Below are positions 24,303 to 35,700 of a stretch of 64,000 bases of DNA, one piece after another. The notes under the pieces were generated by a model. The model did not search any database. It was given only the letters and a program-made list of their open reading frames with translations, and was not told the origin of the DNA. The stretch's first letter is position 1. Every line of letters starts with the position of its first letter. This DNA comes from Azolla caroliniana (lineage: Eukaryota; Plantae; Polypodiophyta). The stretch lies in NCBI GenBank assembly GCA_043228905.1, contig JBHGNT010000007.1:15252001-15316000 (forward strand). The letters run 5' to 3'. The translations under genes and the position numbers were made by a program.

Positions 24303-24612
24303 GGAGGCACAAGGCATTGTTTTGAACCAAATTGGTTCAACACCAGTCTTAAGCCTCTTAGCCGATTTGTACTTATCTTTCATATAATATAAGAGCTGCT
24401 GTCATCATCCTATCTCTCTCTCTCCTCTTCTCACTTCCTCTCTCTCGGGAATCTTACGCAGTCCCGTCCTCTTAGTACTAATAGTACTACTCTTCTTAGT
24501 ACTAATTCCATCTCTGTTTTAGTACTATTCCTGACAGTTTGAACCAATTTGTTCCTCTTTCCTCCAGCCTACTTGTCGTTCTCCCTCATCCTCCTATCCT
24601 TTTCCCTCTACT

Positions 24613-27600
24613 ATGGCTACTGTTAGCGCCCAATAATATCAATCTGTTTTCTCCGAGTTACAGTGCCTAAAAGAAAAATTTGTTGCCCTGGAACAAGAAA
24701 ACCAATGGCTGATAGGGGATCTGCAACAAATCGCTCTAGAAAAGCAACAAACGCAGCAACAACATGGGGAGTTAGCATTACGGGTGCAACAACTCGAAGC
24801 GGCATTGCAACAACAAGGATCAAGTCCTCAAGGATTTCATAAAGAGCCGAAGATTGGACTTCCTATGAAATTTGATGGAACGCGATCGCAATTCAGGAGA
24901 TTCCTTAATCAGGTACGATTAGTCCTCCAAATGCATCCTTCCTGATACCCCACTGATGCATCCCGAGTCGGCTTAATAGGCACGTTGCTTAGCGGCTCAG
25001 CCTTAGCATGGTTCGCTCCGCTTCTAGAAAATCAATCGCCCTTGCTTAATAACTTTGAAGATTTTATTAGTGAGTTCAAAGCCTGCTTTGGAGACACCAA
25101 CAACATCAAGACGGCGATCAACAAGATCCGGCGATTGCGTCAAGGCGATCGTCCAGCCTCTACCTACGCGACGGATTTCTGCCTACTCGCTTCCGACATA
25201 CCTTGGGATGATCAAGCACTAATGCAGCAGTTTCGCTATGGCCTGCGAAATGATGTCAAAGATCTACTTCTAACCTTCCCCGAAGAACCAAAGTCTCTTA
25301 CGGAGGCAATCAGTCGAGCGGTTCGATGTAACAACCACCTCTTCGAACGGCGTTCGGAACGTCAATTACAGATACCACGCGCTAGGCCGGAGCCCACTTA
25401 CACCGCAGTCGCGGCTAGACCGTTTGCAGGAGACATACCTCAAGCAAATACTTCGACACCGATGGAGATCGATACCATGCGTCGACGCGGCCCGTTATCG
25501 GAAGAAGAAAAGCAACGACGATGTGCAAATCGATTATGTCTTTATTGCGGTGGACCAGGGCATATCGCAATCAATTGTCCCCATAGGCCAAGAAGACAGG
25601 TAAATCAAATTGTAGCCTATACTAAACCCGAGTCAATTCTTCCCTTCGGAGTGTCTGATAGTATTAATAGTACTAATAGAGTGTTTGATAGTATTCATAG
25701 TACTAATAGCCCAAGTATCTCAAATAAATTTGAAATCCTTAGTCAATTAGATGAAGAGTTAAACGATTGAGTCCAGCCAAAATAGGAGCCGTTTGGTTGG
25801 ACAACAGCCCTAGATCTGTACAGCCCATTAGTGGTTCCATTCCTTCCAAGCAAGTTAGCAATGTGTTCCTAGCCCAAGTCATTGTTAGTACTAAAAGTAC
25901 TCCCCTAGTACCCATCCTAGCACTTTTAGATTCCAGAGGTAATTCCTGTTTCATGGATCGAAATTTTGCCCAAGCTTCTCAGATATCCTTAAGAAAACTT
26001 CCTTGTCCCGCATCTGTAGTAGTCATTGATAGTCGTCCTATTGCTTCCGGGAATATTGTAGAAGAATCAGAACCCATTCAAGTTGTCCTAGGTAGTTTTG
26101 TGTGTGTAATATCATTTAATATAATTAGTAGTCCAGAGCATCCCATTGTCCTAGGATTACCTTGGTTTGAGTTACATAATCCAGCCATAGATTGGAGAAC
26201 AAGAGAAGTCTGATATCGCCCACCCCAAGAATCAACTCACCAAGTTTCGACCATTTCACTCCATCAACTATGCGAAGAAGGACCCAAGGAGGCAATGTTC
26301 CTATTTGCAATATCAGTACATCCTTCCAGCACTATTAAGAAGGACTCCTCAGTACAACTTCCAGCAAAATATCATCCTTATGCCGATGTATTTGACAAGG
26401 TAAAAGCCGGTACCCTTCCTCATCACCATCCCTATGACTGTCCATCGATTTACAACCAGGAACCGAGCCACCATGGGGACCAATTTACAACTTGTCACCC
26501 ACCGAGTTAGAAGTCCTTCGAGCCTACATAGAGGAGAACTTGGCAAGCGGGTTCATCCGCCATTCGAAATCTCCGGCCGGTGCACCCATCTTCTTTGTCA
26601 AGAAGAAAGATGGCTCACTTCGTCTTGTCGTTGATTACCGTGGATTGAATAAAGTCACCATCCGGAATAGGTATGCACTTCCTCTTATATCAAGTCTTTT
26701 AGAGCGAGTTAATGGTGCCAAGTTTTTTACTAAAATCGACCTACGAGGAGCGTATAACCTCGTGCGGATCCGATCGGGAGATGAGTGGAAGACCGCCTTT
26801 CGCACGCGGTATGGGCATTTCGAGTATACTGTTATGCCGTTTGGCCTAACCAATGCACCCGCAGTCTTCCAACACATGGCAAATGATATATTCAGAGACC
26901 TCTTGGATATCTGTTTGATCATTTATCTAGATGATCTATTGATTTATTCGAAGACCCAGGAAGAGCACAATTCTCATGTACTATTAGTACTAAAGCGACT
27001 CCGCGAGAATGGTCTTTATGCCAAGCTAGAAAAATGTAGCTTTGACTGCAAGCATGTGGAATTTCTAGGCTACGTCATCTCCTCAAAGGGCATCGCCATG
27101 GATCCAGCTGGCAAATTCCACGGTCGGTACGAGATGTACAATGTTTTCTAGGTTTTGCTAACTTCTACCGTAAGTTTATACAGGATTACTCGAAGATTAT
27201 TTTACCTCTCACACAACTTACGAAGAAGGGCCAAGCATTTCTTTGGTCCATAGAAGCAGATATGGCTTTTCGGCATCTTAAGAAAGCCTTTACATCAGCA
27301 CCGATTCTAGCTCATGTGGATACAAGCAAACCATTCATTATGGAGGCCGACACATCAGATTTCGCCCTCGGTAGCATCCTTTCTCAACAAGGCGATAAAG
27401 AAGAGTTGCATCCGGTGGCTTTCCATTCGCGCAAATTCGATGTCGTAGAAATCAACTACGAAATACATGACAAGGAGTTATTAGCCATCGTGGATTCATT
27501 TGTACAATGGCGGCATCTCTTAGAGGGCTCTCCACATCAGGTCATTGTCTTTAGCGATCATAAAAATCTTGCTTATTTTCAGAACGCTCGCGTACTAAAT

Positions 27601-29886
27601 CGACAGCAAGCTCGGTGGGCGCAATTCCTCACGCGTTTCGACTTCAAAATCACATATCGACCGGGGAAGCAGCAAGGAAAAGTAGATGCACTATCACGGC
27701 GTTCATATCTTGCACCTCGTCCTGGTGACGCAACATTTGATAATCAAAAGCAAGTAATCTTGGGACCAACACGATTGCACACGACGCGGATTTTTCACAC
27801 CCCGATGGATTCACGGATTACCGATGACATACGTGCATCCTTGAAGACGAATAGTTTTGCTCAAGACATCCTGGCGCACATTGATACTTCTCGGGCATCC
27901 TGTTCTCAGTCTCAACAACCAGGTATTGACTACCGACAATTCGAATATCATGATGGTTTGTTATTCTTTAAAAAGCGCGTATATGTCCCCGATTGCTCCT
28001 GTCGCCTTCAAATCGTCCAACATTGTCACGACACCCATACGGCAGGACATTTCGGTAGTACTAAGACGTTGGAGCTAGTGCAGCGATCTTTTTGGTGGCC
28101 CCACATGCGCCGTTTTGTTGACGACTACGTTCGGACCTGTGATGCTTGCTGCCGAGCAAAGATGCCACGACACCATCCATATGTCTTGTTGGAACGCTTA
28201 CCTATTCCAAGTAAGTCGTGGCAGTCTATTTGTCTTGATTTTATCACAGATCTGCCGGTCTCGAAGGGGTTCGATGCTATCCTAATCGTCGTTGATCGAT
28301 ATACGAAGATGGCACATTGTGTCGTGTACTAAAGCCATCACTAGCGAGGAAACCACCGCTCTTGTTATGCGTGAGGTATTTCGACATCATGGCCTCCTAG
28401 ACAGTATTATCAGTGACCGAGGCCCGCAATTTGTCTCCAAAATTTGGCAGCATCTCTTCAAGATGCTCAAGGTCTCCTGCAAGCTCTCCTTCGGCTACCA
28501 TCCTCTGACCGACGGGCAGGCGGAACGAACAAACCAAACGCTAGAGCAATATCTCCGGTGTTTCCTGAGTTATCAACAGGACGATTGGGCCGAGATTCTC
28601 CACTTTGCTGAGTTTGCGTATAATAATGCTATTCACTCCTCGACTCAGGTCTCCCCATTTTTCGCTTATACCGGTTTCCATCCTCGCTGGTCGGTGATCA
28701 ACACTCCGGAGCTACCTACCAACCCTCGTGCCGAGGATCATTTGGAGAGGCTACGCAAGATCCAGATGGATCTCTCTACTCACCTTCGTCATGCTCAACA
28801 CACACAGAAGACTTATGCGGATCGTCATCGGATTCCCTCCTCTTTTGCCATCGGAGATCGAGTATGGCTCTTACGTCGTCACATCAAGACTACTCGACCG
28901 TGCGACAAGTTGGATTATCGACGACTCGGTCCCTTCCGTATTACGGGTAAGATTAATGATGTCACCTTCCGCCTTGATCTCCCTCCGCAGCTTCAGATAC
29001 ATCCGGTTTTCCATTGTTCTCTTCCGGAACGAACAAACCAAACGCTAGAGCAATATCTCCGGTGTTTCCTGAGTTATCAACAGGACGATTGGGCCGAGAT
29101 TCTCCACTTTGCGGAGTTTGCGTATAATAATGCTATTCACTCCTCGACTCAGGTCTCCCCATTTTTCGCTTATACCGGTTTCCATCCTCGCTGGTCAGTG
29201 ATCGACACTCCGGAGCTACCTACCAACCCTCGTGCTGAGGATCATTTGGAGAGGCTACGCAAGATCCAGATGGATCTCTCTACTCACCTTCGTCATGCTC
29301 AACACACACAGAAGACTTATGCGGATCTTCATCGGATTCCCTCCTCTTTTGCCATCGGAGATCGAGTATGGCTCTTATGTCGTCACATCAAGACTACTCA
29401 ACCGTGCGACAAGTTGGATTATCGACGACTCGGTCCCTTCCATATTACGGGTAAGATTAATGATGTCACCTTCCGCCTTGATCTCCCTCCGCAGCTTCAG
29501 ATACATCCGGTTTTCCATTGTTCTCTTCTTGAACCTTATAAAGCAAACACCATTCCCGATCGTGTGACACCGCCGCCACCCCCGCTAGAGTTGGACGTCG
29601 GCCCGGAGTGTGAAGTTGCTGCCATCCTCGATTCCAAACTTGTTCGCAACAAACTTTATTACTTGGTCGATTGGCTCGGTTATAGTCCGAGCGAACGTAC
29701 TTGGGAACCCGTCGAGCATGTTGCCAATGCACAGGATCTTCTTGCTGATTTCCACCGAAATGGTCGAAACTCGATGAGTTGATTCTTGGGGTGGTCGATA
29801 TCGAACTTCTCTTGTTCTCCAATCTATGGTATCCGAACAAACCCGGTCCGCAATTAGCGCCGACTCATTCCACTTGTCGTCTTTAA
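24613..29886 (+). pseudogene. E gag-pol with C-terminal chromodomain, disrupted
   Basis: CLYCGGPGHIAINC; ALLDSRG (PR); [23 protein letters not shown] (RT); [17 protein letters not shown] (RH); LDFITDLP, SDRGPQF (INT); YYLVDWLGYSPSERTWEP (chromodomain). Confidence 0.93.
28521..29528 (+). repeat. 504-bp in-frame tandem duplication in E integrase
   Basis: Units 28521-29024 and 29025-29528; ERTNQTLEQYLRCFLSYQQ...HPVFHCSL appears twice with a few substitutions. Confidence 0.95.
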
Positions 29887-32734
29887 GGGGGAGATAGTGT
29901 CATGATATGGCAAGACTCAAACCCATGACCTTATGCTACATGGGTCGAGCTCTTACCATTAGACTATGAATTGTAATTTGTAGGATATTATTTTCATTTA
30001 TGCTTTATCATAGAAAATTGATGTATATTCCAGATCTCTCTGGAACATTCTAGAAGCTTCAGGATTATTCCTAAAACCACTATAAAAGGAGGCACAAGGC
30101 ATTATTTTGAACCAAATTGGTTCAACACCAGTCTTAAGCCTCTTAGCCGATTTGTACTTATCTTTCATATGATATAAGAGTTGTTGTCATCATCCTATCT
30201 CTCTCTCTCCTCTTCTCACTTCCTCTCTCTTGGGAATCTTACGCAGTCCCGTCCTCTTAGTACTAATAGTACTACTCTTGTTAGTACTAATTCCATCTCT
30301 ATTTTAGTATTATTCCTGACAGATGGAACGCCCGCAACCCACACTGAGACTCCCACACCAAGGGAGGCACCGGAACCGGTTCGGATGGAACCGCTCACAG
30401 AAGTCCGTGTACAACAGGCAGCACCGGCAAGCCCCGTAACTTAAGAGCCAGTTATACAAATGCCAACCTCCTCAGCCGATCAAGAACAAGTAGAACAAGT
30501 GCGGCCGGCCGAAACACAACCGGAACCTGAACGACAAAGTGGTCAGCAGGTAGAGCCGGAATTGTCGCTCGACGTAGAAAGGCGGGACCAGCCACCGGCA
30601 AGTGAACCCATCAGCCCACCCGCCGTGTAGACGCAACAACAGGGCACCGGCAGCCAATGGCTCCGGTGGATAGGGGAACAAATTGCCAGAGTAGTCGGAT
30701 ACATAGAGGCGGAAGAAAGAGCGCAAACAGAACGGTTGCTAGTCACAACCGATGAACTAGAGACGGTCCGGTCAAGGATCCGGTGCCTCGAACAAGATTT
30801 GGATCGGGCCACAGAAGACATGGCCAAAATGGCCTTAACCGCAACACAGATCCAAGCACCGGTGACTCCGGTGGATGTATATACGAATAAGACCCCGTAG
30901 ACAGAAACTATTTCGAGAAAGATGCGGCGCAAGCCCAAGAGCTTGCCGACTTAAGAGACGAACTTGCAGCACAAGAAGCATTACGGAGACGCGAACGCGA
31001 CTTGAAGAAGGCGGCCGAAGAAGAATTAAAGAAGACTACTGAGAACCTCCATAGGGCAGAGGAAAACCTGCGTAAGGGACATCAAGCTTACGACCAGTTA
31101 AAGGAGGAAAAAGAGACATTGTTGCAGGAGAAAGACAAGCTGCGACGGATGGAGGAGACGGAAATCGAAAGGCTGAAGGAAGAACTCCGTCAATAGAAGG
31201 ACCGGGAGGACCGCGCGCGCCGGCAGATCAACCAAAGGCTGAAGCAGAAGACCGATGATTTTGATCATCTGCACCGGGACTACAAGCAGCTGGAGGTGGA
31301 GTATAAGCAATAGCAGGAAAGGTTGGCCGAGCTCCGGCAAGAAGTTGATAGGGCCACAACGGCACTCGCCGACGAACGAGCTGAGAGTTCAAAGCTATTG
31401 GAGGAAGCGGCGATGGACCGGATGGAGCTCAACAAGCAGAACCATGAAGAAAAGGAAAGAGCGACAATGGTGTTATAGAGGTTGCAAACAAACTATCAAA
31501 GTCAATTGTCGCATTATAGGGAGCAGGAGGTGGACACGGTCAGAATTATCAAGTAGTTGAAAGAGGAGCGACAAGCCGCGGAGAACAAATCACGGATGGG
31601 AATCGAACAGATCCAGTGCATCCTCCGGTCATGGCTCACCAAGACCAAACGCTTGATTGACGAGAGCTCTGTGCAATGGTGGATGAAATGGGCGCAGAAT
31701 ACGGAGGAACTCCAATTGCTCAGGGCGGACGTGGAAAACCGATGGAAGGAAGGTGACGATTGTTATACGCTAACATCGGAGAACTTCACCGCCATAAGGG
31801 ATGAGCTGGCCGAAGATTTCACAGCCCTGGCGGATGAACAATTGGTGCAGGTCCGGTAGCTCATAGCTCAACTAGACGACGATCGGCTGGAGGCTCAAAT
31901 CTAGTTTGAGAGCTATGAGTGGTCCCGGCTCTGGGAAGAAAAAGCAAGGAAGGCGGCAACGGTCAACCTTAGTGATGAGGAACCGTCGTCGGTACAAGGA
32001 CCAGAAGGGGACCAGGCTAGGATCAGTTTGCCAGCTACAACTCCGACGGAGAAGACAACAAAGGAAACGCCGGTGCCAGAGCGACAAACAGAGCAGCAAC
32101 CCAAAACGGAGAAGGCACAACCGGAACAGGCACCGCAGCAGCCACAAATGGAATAGCAGCCACAGCAACAACAACAAATTCCCGACGAGCCATTGGAAAT
32201 TCTGGAGCAAAGCATTCTGGAGATTTTGGACGAAGAATAGCAGGGCCAGATAATGGGTTCGACGTACAAGGTACTGTCCCACGGGCGTGCCATGTGTTAC
32301 CCGGCCGGCAAAGAAGGCTTAAGGATGTCCAGACCAGTGTGAAAGGAATAGTTTTTTCGGGAACTATTGTAATTATTTATTTAATATGGACGGACGGACC
32401 GGAATCGGTATGCCGATCCGGATCCGGACCGATTCCGAATAGGTGCCAGTTGGCACTGTTTTGTACTTCGCACCGGAGACCTATATAAAGGCCCGGTTAC
32501 AATGTAATTGATAACGGATAATTAATAGAACTTATTGCCTTAACCTTTCAGTATTGATTACTGTTCTGTGCTTATTATATATCTTACGTGTGTTAATGAT
32601 GTATTGCTAAGTAAACAATTAAGGTCTAATTAAGCGTTGTGTCGTAAGTCATCTTGCCGTAACACCCTTTGGTGAAGTGTCTTAAGTGGACACCCTGTGT
32701 TAGGCTGTTGTTCGGCCCTAGGATTAACAATTTA

Positions 32735-35700
32735 GCTACATCCCAATCGGTATCCAATTGATGCTGCTCGTGTGGGATTAGTGGGAACTTTGCTATGCAG
32801 TACAACGTTAGCATGGTTCGCACCACTTCTCGAGAAGAAATCACCATTGTGTGAGGATTTCAAGGCATTTGTTAAAGAATTTCAAGCTAGTTTTGGAGAC
32901 ACCGACAACACTAGGACATCGATAAACAGGATTCAAAGGCTCCGACAAGGAGATCGTCCTACGTCGGCTTACGCAACCGATTTCCGTCTCTTGGCATGTG
33001 ATATCCCTTGGGATGTGGCGGCCTTAATGGATCAATTCCGTCAAGGTTTGCAAAATGATGTCAAAGATCTTCTTACTTTCCCTGAAGATCCGAAGTCGCT
33101 TACAGAAGCCATTAGTTGAGCCGTGCGATGTGATAATCACCTATTTGAGCGATGTTCTGAGCGCCAACAAATGTTACGCCGCCAACCTGAGCAGACTTAC
33201 GCTTCCGTAGTCGCAACGCCTCCACAAGTTTCTAGACCCATTACAAGGGATGACCCAACTCTGATGGAAATAGAGTCAACACAATGTCGTGGGCCATTAT
33301 CAGATGCTGAGAAGCAACGATGTTGAGCGCATCGCCTTTGCTTGTATTGTGGCAGTCCAGGACATATAATTGTAAATTGTCCACATAAACCTAGGTGCCA
33401 AGTATACCAAGTAAGGGCCCATGAAAACCCTACATCAAGTTCTATTGTTACTTCTAATAACATAAGTAAGCCTCATAGTCCATGCCATGAGAATAGATTC
33501 GATGTCTTGAGCCAATTAGAGGATGTATTAAACGAGTAAGTCTGGCCAAAATAGGAGCCATTTGGCTGGACCATCCTAGCTATGTAGAGTTAGTTCCTAG
33601 TCGTGGTTCCATTTCATCAAATCAAGTGAGTAGAGTTTTTTCAGCACAAATCAAGCGTACCACATCTACATGTCATCGAGTCCTAGCCTCTGCCCTCCTA
33701 GATTCTGGAGCCAACTCTTGTTTCATGGATCGTGAATTTGACTTGTCACAAAACATCCTTTGAATAAGCTTCCCAACCCAGTAGCCATAGGAGTCATTGA
33801 TGGACGTCCCATAGCATTAGGAGACATAGTCAAGGAGTCCGAGCCAATTAGGATAGTTCTTGGCGATTTGGTAAGCATAATCTCTTTCAATATTATTCGT
33901 AGTCCGGAACACCCAATAGTTCTAGGTCTCCCTTGGTTTGAACTCCATAACCTGAAGATTGATTGGATGAAAAGAACAATTGAGTAGACCCAGGAAAAAA
34001 GCACAAACCCCGCATCCCTCTCTCCTACATGTGATAATAGATCCCCGGAGTTATCGACCATCTCTTTACGATAGTTGCGGGAGGAAGGGGGGAACGAGGC
34101 CATGTTCGTCTTCGCAATAGTAGCAACTCCATCATCCACTTCACGTGAAGTGGACATTAAACTACTAGAGAAATACAAGGAGTTTTCAGATGTATTTGAT
34201 AAGGTGAAGGCCAATACATTGCCGGAGCATTGTCCATACGACTACCCTATTGACTTACAACCAGGGAATGAACCTCCATGGGGCCCAATTTATAATCTCT
34301 CCCCTGTAGAGCTAGAGACTTTGCGAGAATATATTGATGAGAATCTGGCAAACGGATTCATTCGGCATTCTAGATCCCCTACTGGTGCACCTATCTTCTT
34401 CGTTAAGAAGAAGAATGGGACTCTTCGGTTGGTCGTGGATTATCGAGGGCTAAACAAAGTGACTATCCGGAATAGATATGCTCTACCATTAATCCCGAAT
34501 CTTTTGAAACGTCTCAATGGTGCAAAATATTTCACGAAGTTGGACCTTCGTGGAGCATATAATCTAGTTCGAATTCGCCCAGGGGATGAATGGAAGACAG
34601 CTTTTCGCACTCGCTTTGGACATTTTGAGTATACTGTGATGCCATTCGGTCTCACGAATGCACCTGTTGTTTTCTAACATATGGCGAACGATATTTTTCG
34701 AGATTTTCTTGATATCTTCACTATAGTTTACCTAGATGATATTTTAATCTACTCGAAGATCCACGAGGAGCATGACGAACATGTTCGTCAGGTACTGCGT
34801 CGACTTTGAGAATATGGTCTCTACGCAAAATTAGAAAAGTGTAGTTTCGCCCAGAATCAAGTGGAATTTTTGGGGTATGTTGTATCATCAGATGGTATTG
34901 CTATGGACCCCATGAAGGTACAAGCAATTTTAGAGTAGCAAACGCCCCTTTCAGTGCGTGATGTGCAATGTTTTCTCGGGTTTGCAAATTTTTATCGAAA
35001 ATTTATTAAAGATTATTCCAAGGTTGTGCTTCTGCTTACTCAACTCACACATAAAGATCAACCATTTATATGGAGTTCAGATGCAACCGAGGCATTCAAA
35101 AGCTTAAAATGAGCATTTACAACGGCACCTATCTTAGCACATGTTGACCCAACAAAACGCTTTATCCTCAAAGCCGATGCATCCAATTTTGCACTAGGGA
35201 GTGTCCTCTCACAGACTGGAGATGATGGATAGCTACACCTTGTCGCCTTTCATTCACGAAAGTTTGAAGCGGCAAAGATCAACTATGAGATCCATGACAA
35301 AGAGCTTCTTGCAATTGTGGATTCGTTTCAACAATGGCGACATTTTCTAGAAGGTTCTTCTCAGCAGATCATTGTCTACAATGATCATAAGAACTTGACT
35401 TATTTCCAAAATGCTTGAGTCTTGAGTCAGCGACAAGCCCGGTGGGCGCAATTTTTGGCTCACTTCGATTTTATCATCATATATCGCCCTGGGGTGCAGC
35501 AAGGCAAAGCAGATGCTCTTTCTCGACGCTCTTATATGGAACTTCGTCAAGGGGAACCTCCATTTGAGCATAAAAAACAAATCCTTTTGGGTCCTAATCG
35601 CTTACGATTAATGGTAGTTAACGCTATAACAACTCTTGAAAATTCCACTCTTCTTGATTCCATTCGAGATCATATGGCCACTGATGATTTCCCCAAGGAT

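Larger units (their letters stand above)
24113..30321 (+). mobile_element. Chromovirus E (Tcn1/Tf1-like), full length
   Basis: 424-bp LTRs 24113-24536 and 29898-30321; perfect TSD GATGG; self-complementary PBS 24539-24551; PPT AAGGGGGAGATAG 29885-29897. Confidence 0.97.
22476..32240 (+). pseudogene. C extra 3' ORF (split by D and E: 22476-23303, 24061-24112, 30327-32240)
   Basis: N-terminal WLRQHGLEGFL...LTGLPEGG...YFGEYS and C-terminal LEQSILEILDEE* are conserved with H (HGLEGFL...LIGLPAGG...YFGEYS; LDQSILDILDED*); central E/K/Q-rich coiled-coil-like region. Confidence 0.75.
8499..32729 (+). mobile_element. Non-chromoviral Ty3/Gypsy element C (Athila/Tat-like) with 3' extra ORF and nested insertions
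   Basis: LTRs 8499-8935 and 32295-32729 (TGTTA...TAACA); TSD ATTCA/ATTTA (1 mismatch); PBS TGGCGACCAC 8943-8952. A gag reads through when C is removed (QVCLVI-Q-LHPNRYP). Confidence 0.93.

Noticed and set aside
32253-32342. Short frame MGSTYKVLSHGRAMC... running into the 3' LTR as the reason for C/H conservation
   Set aside because: H lacks the ATG and the frames diverge inside the LTR; nucleotide conservation fits a tRNA-like element better.
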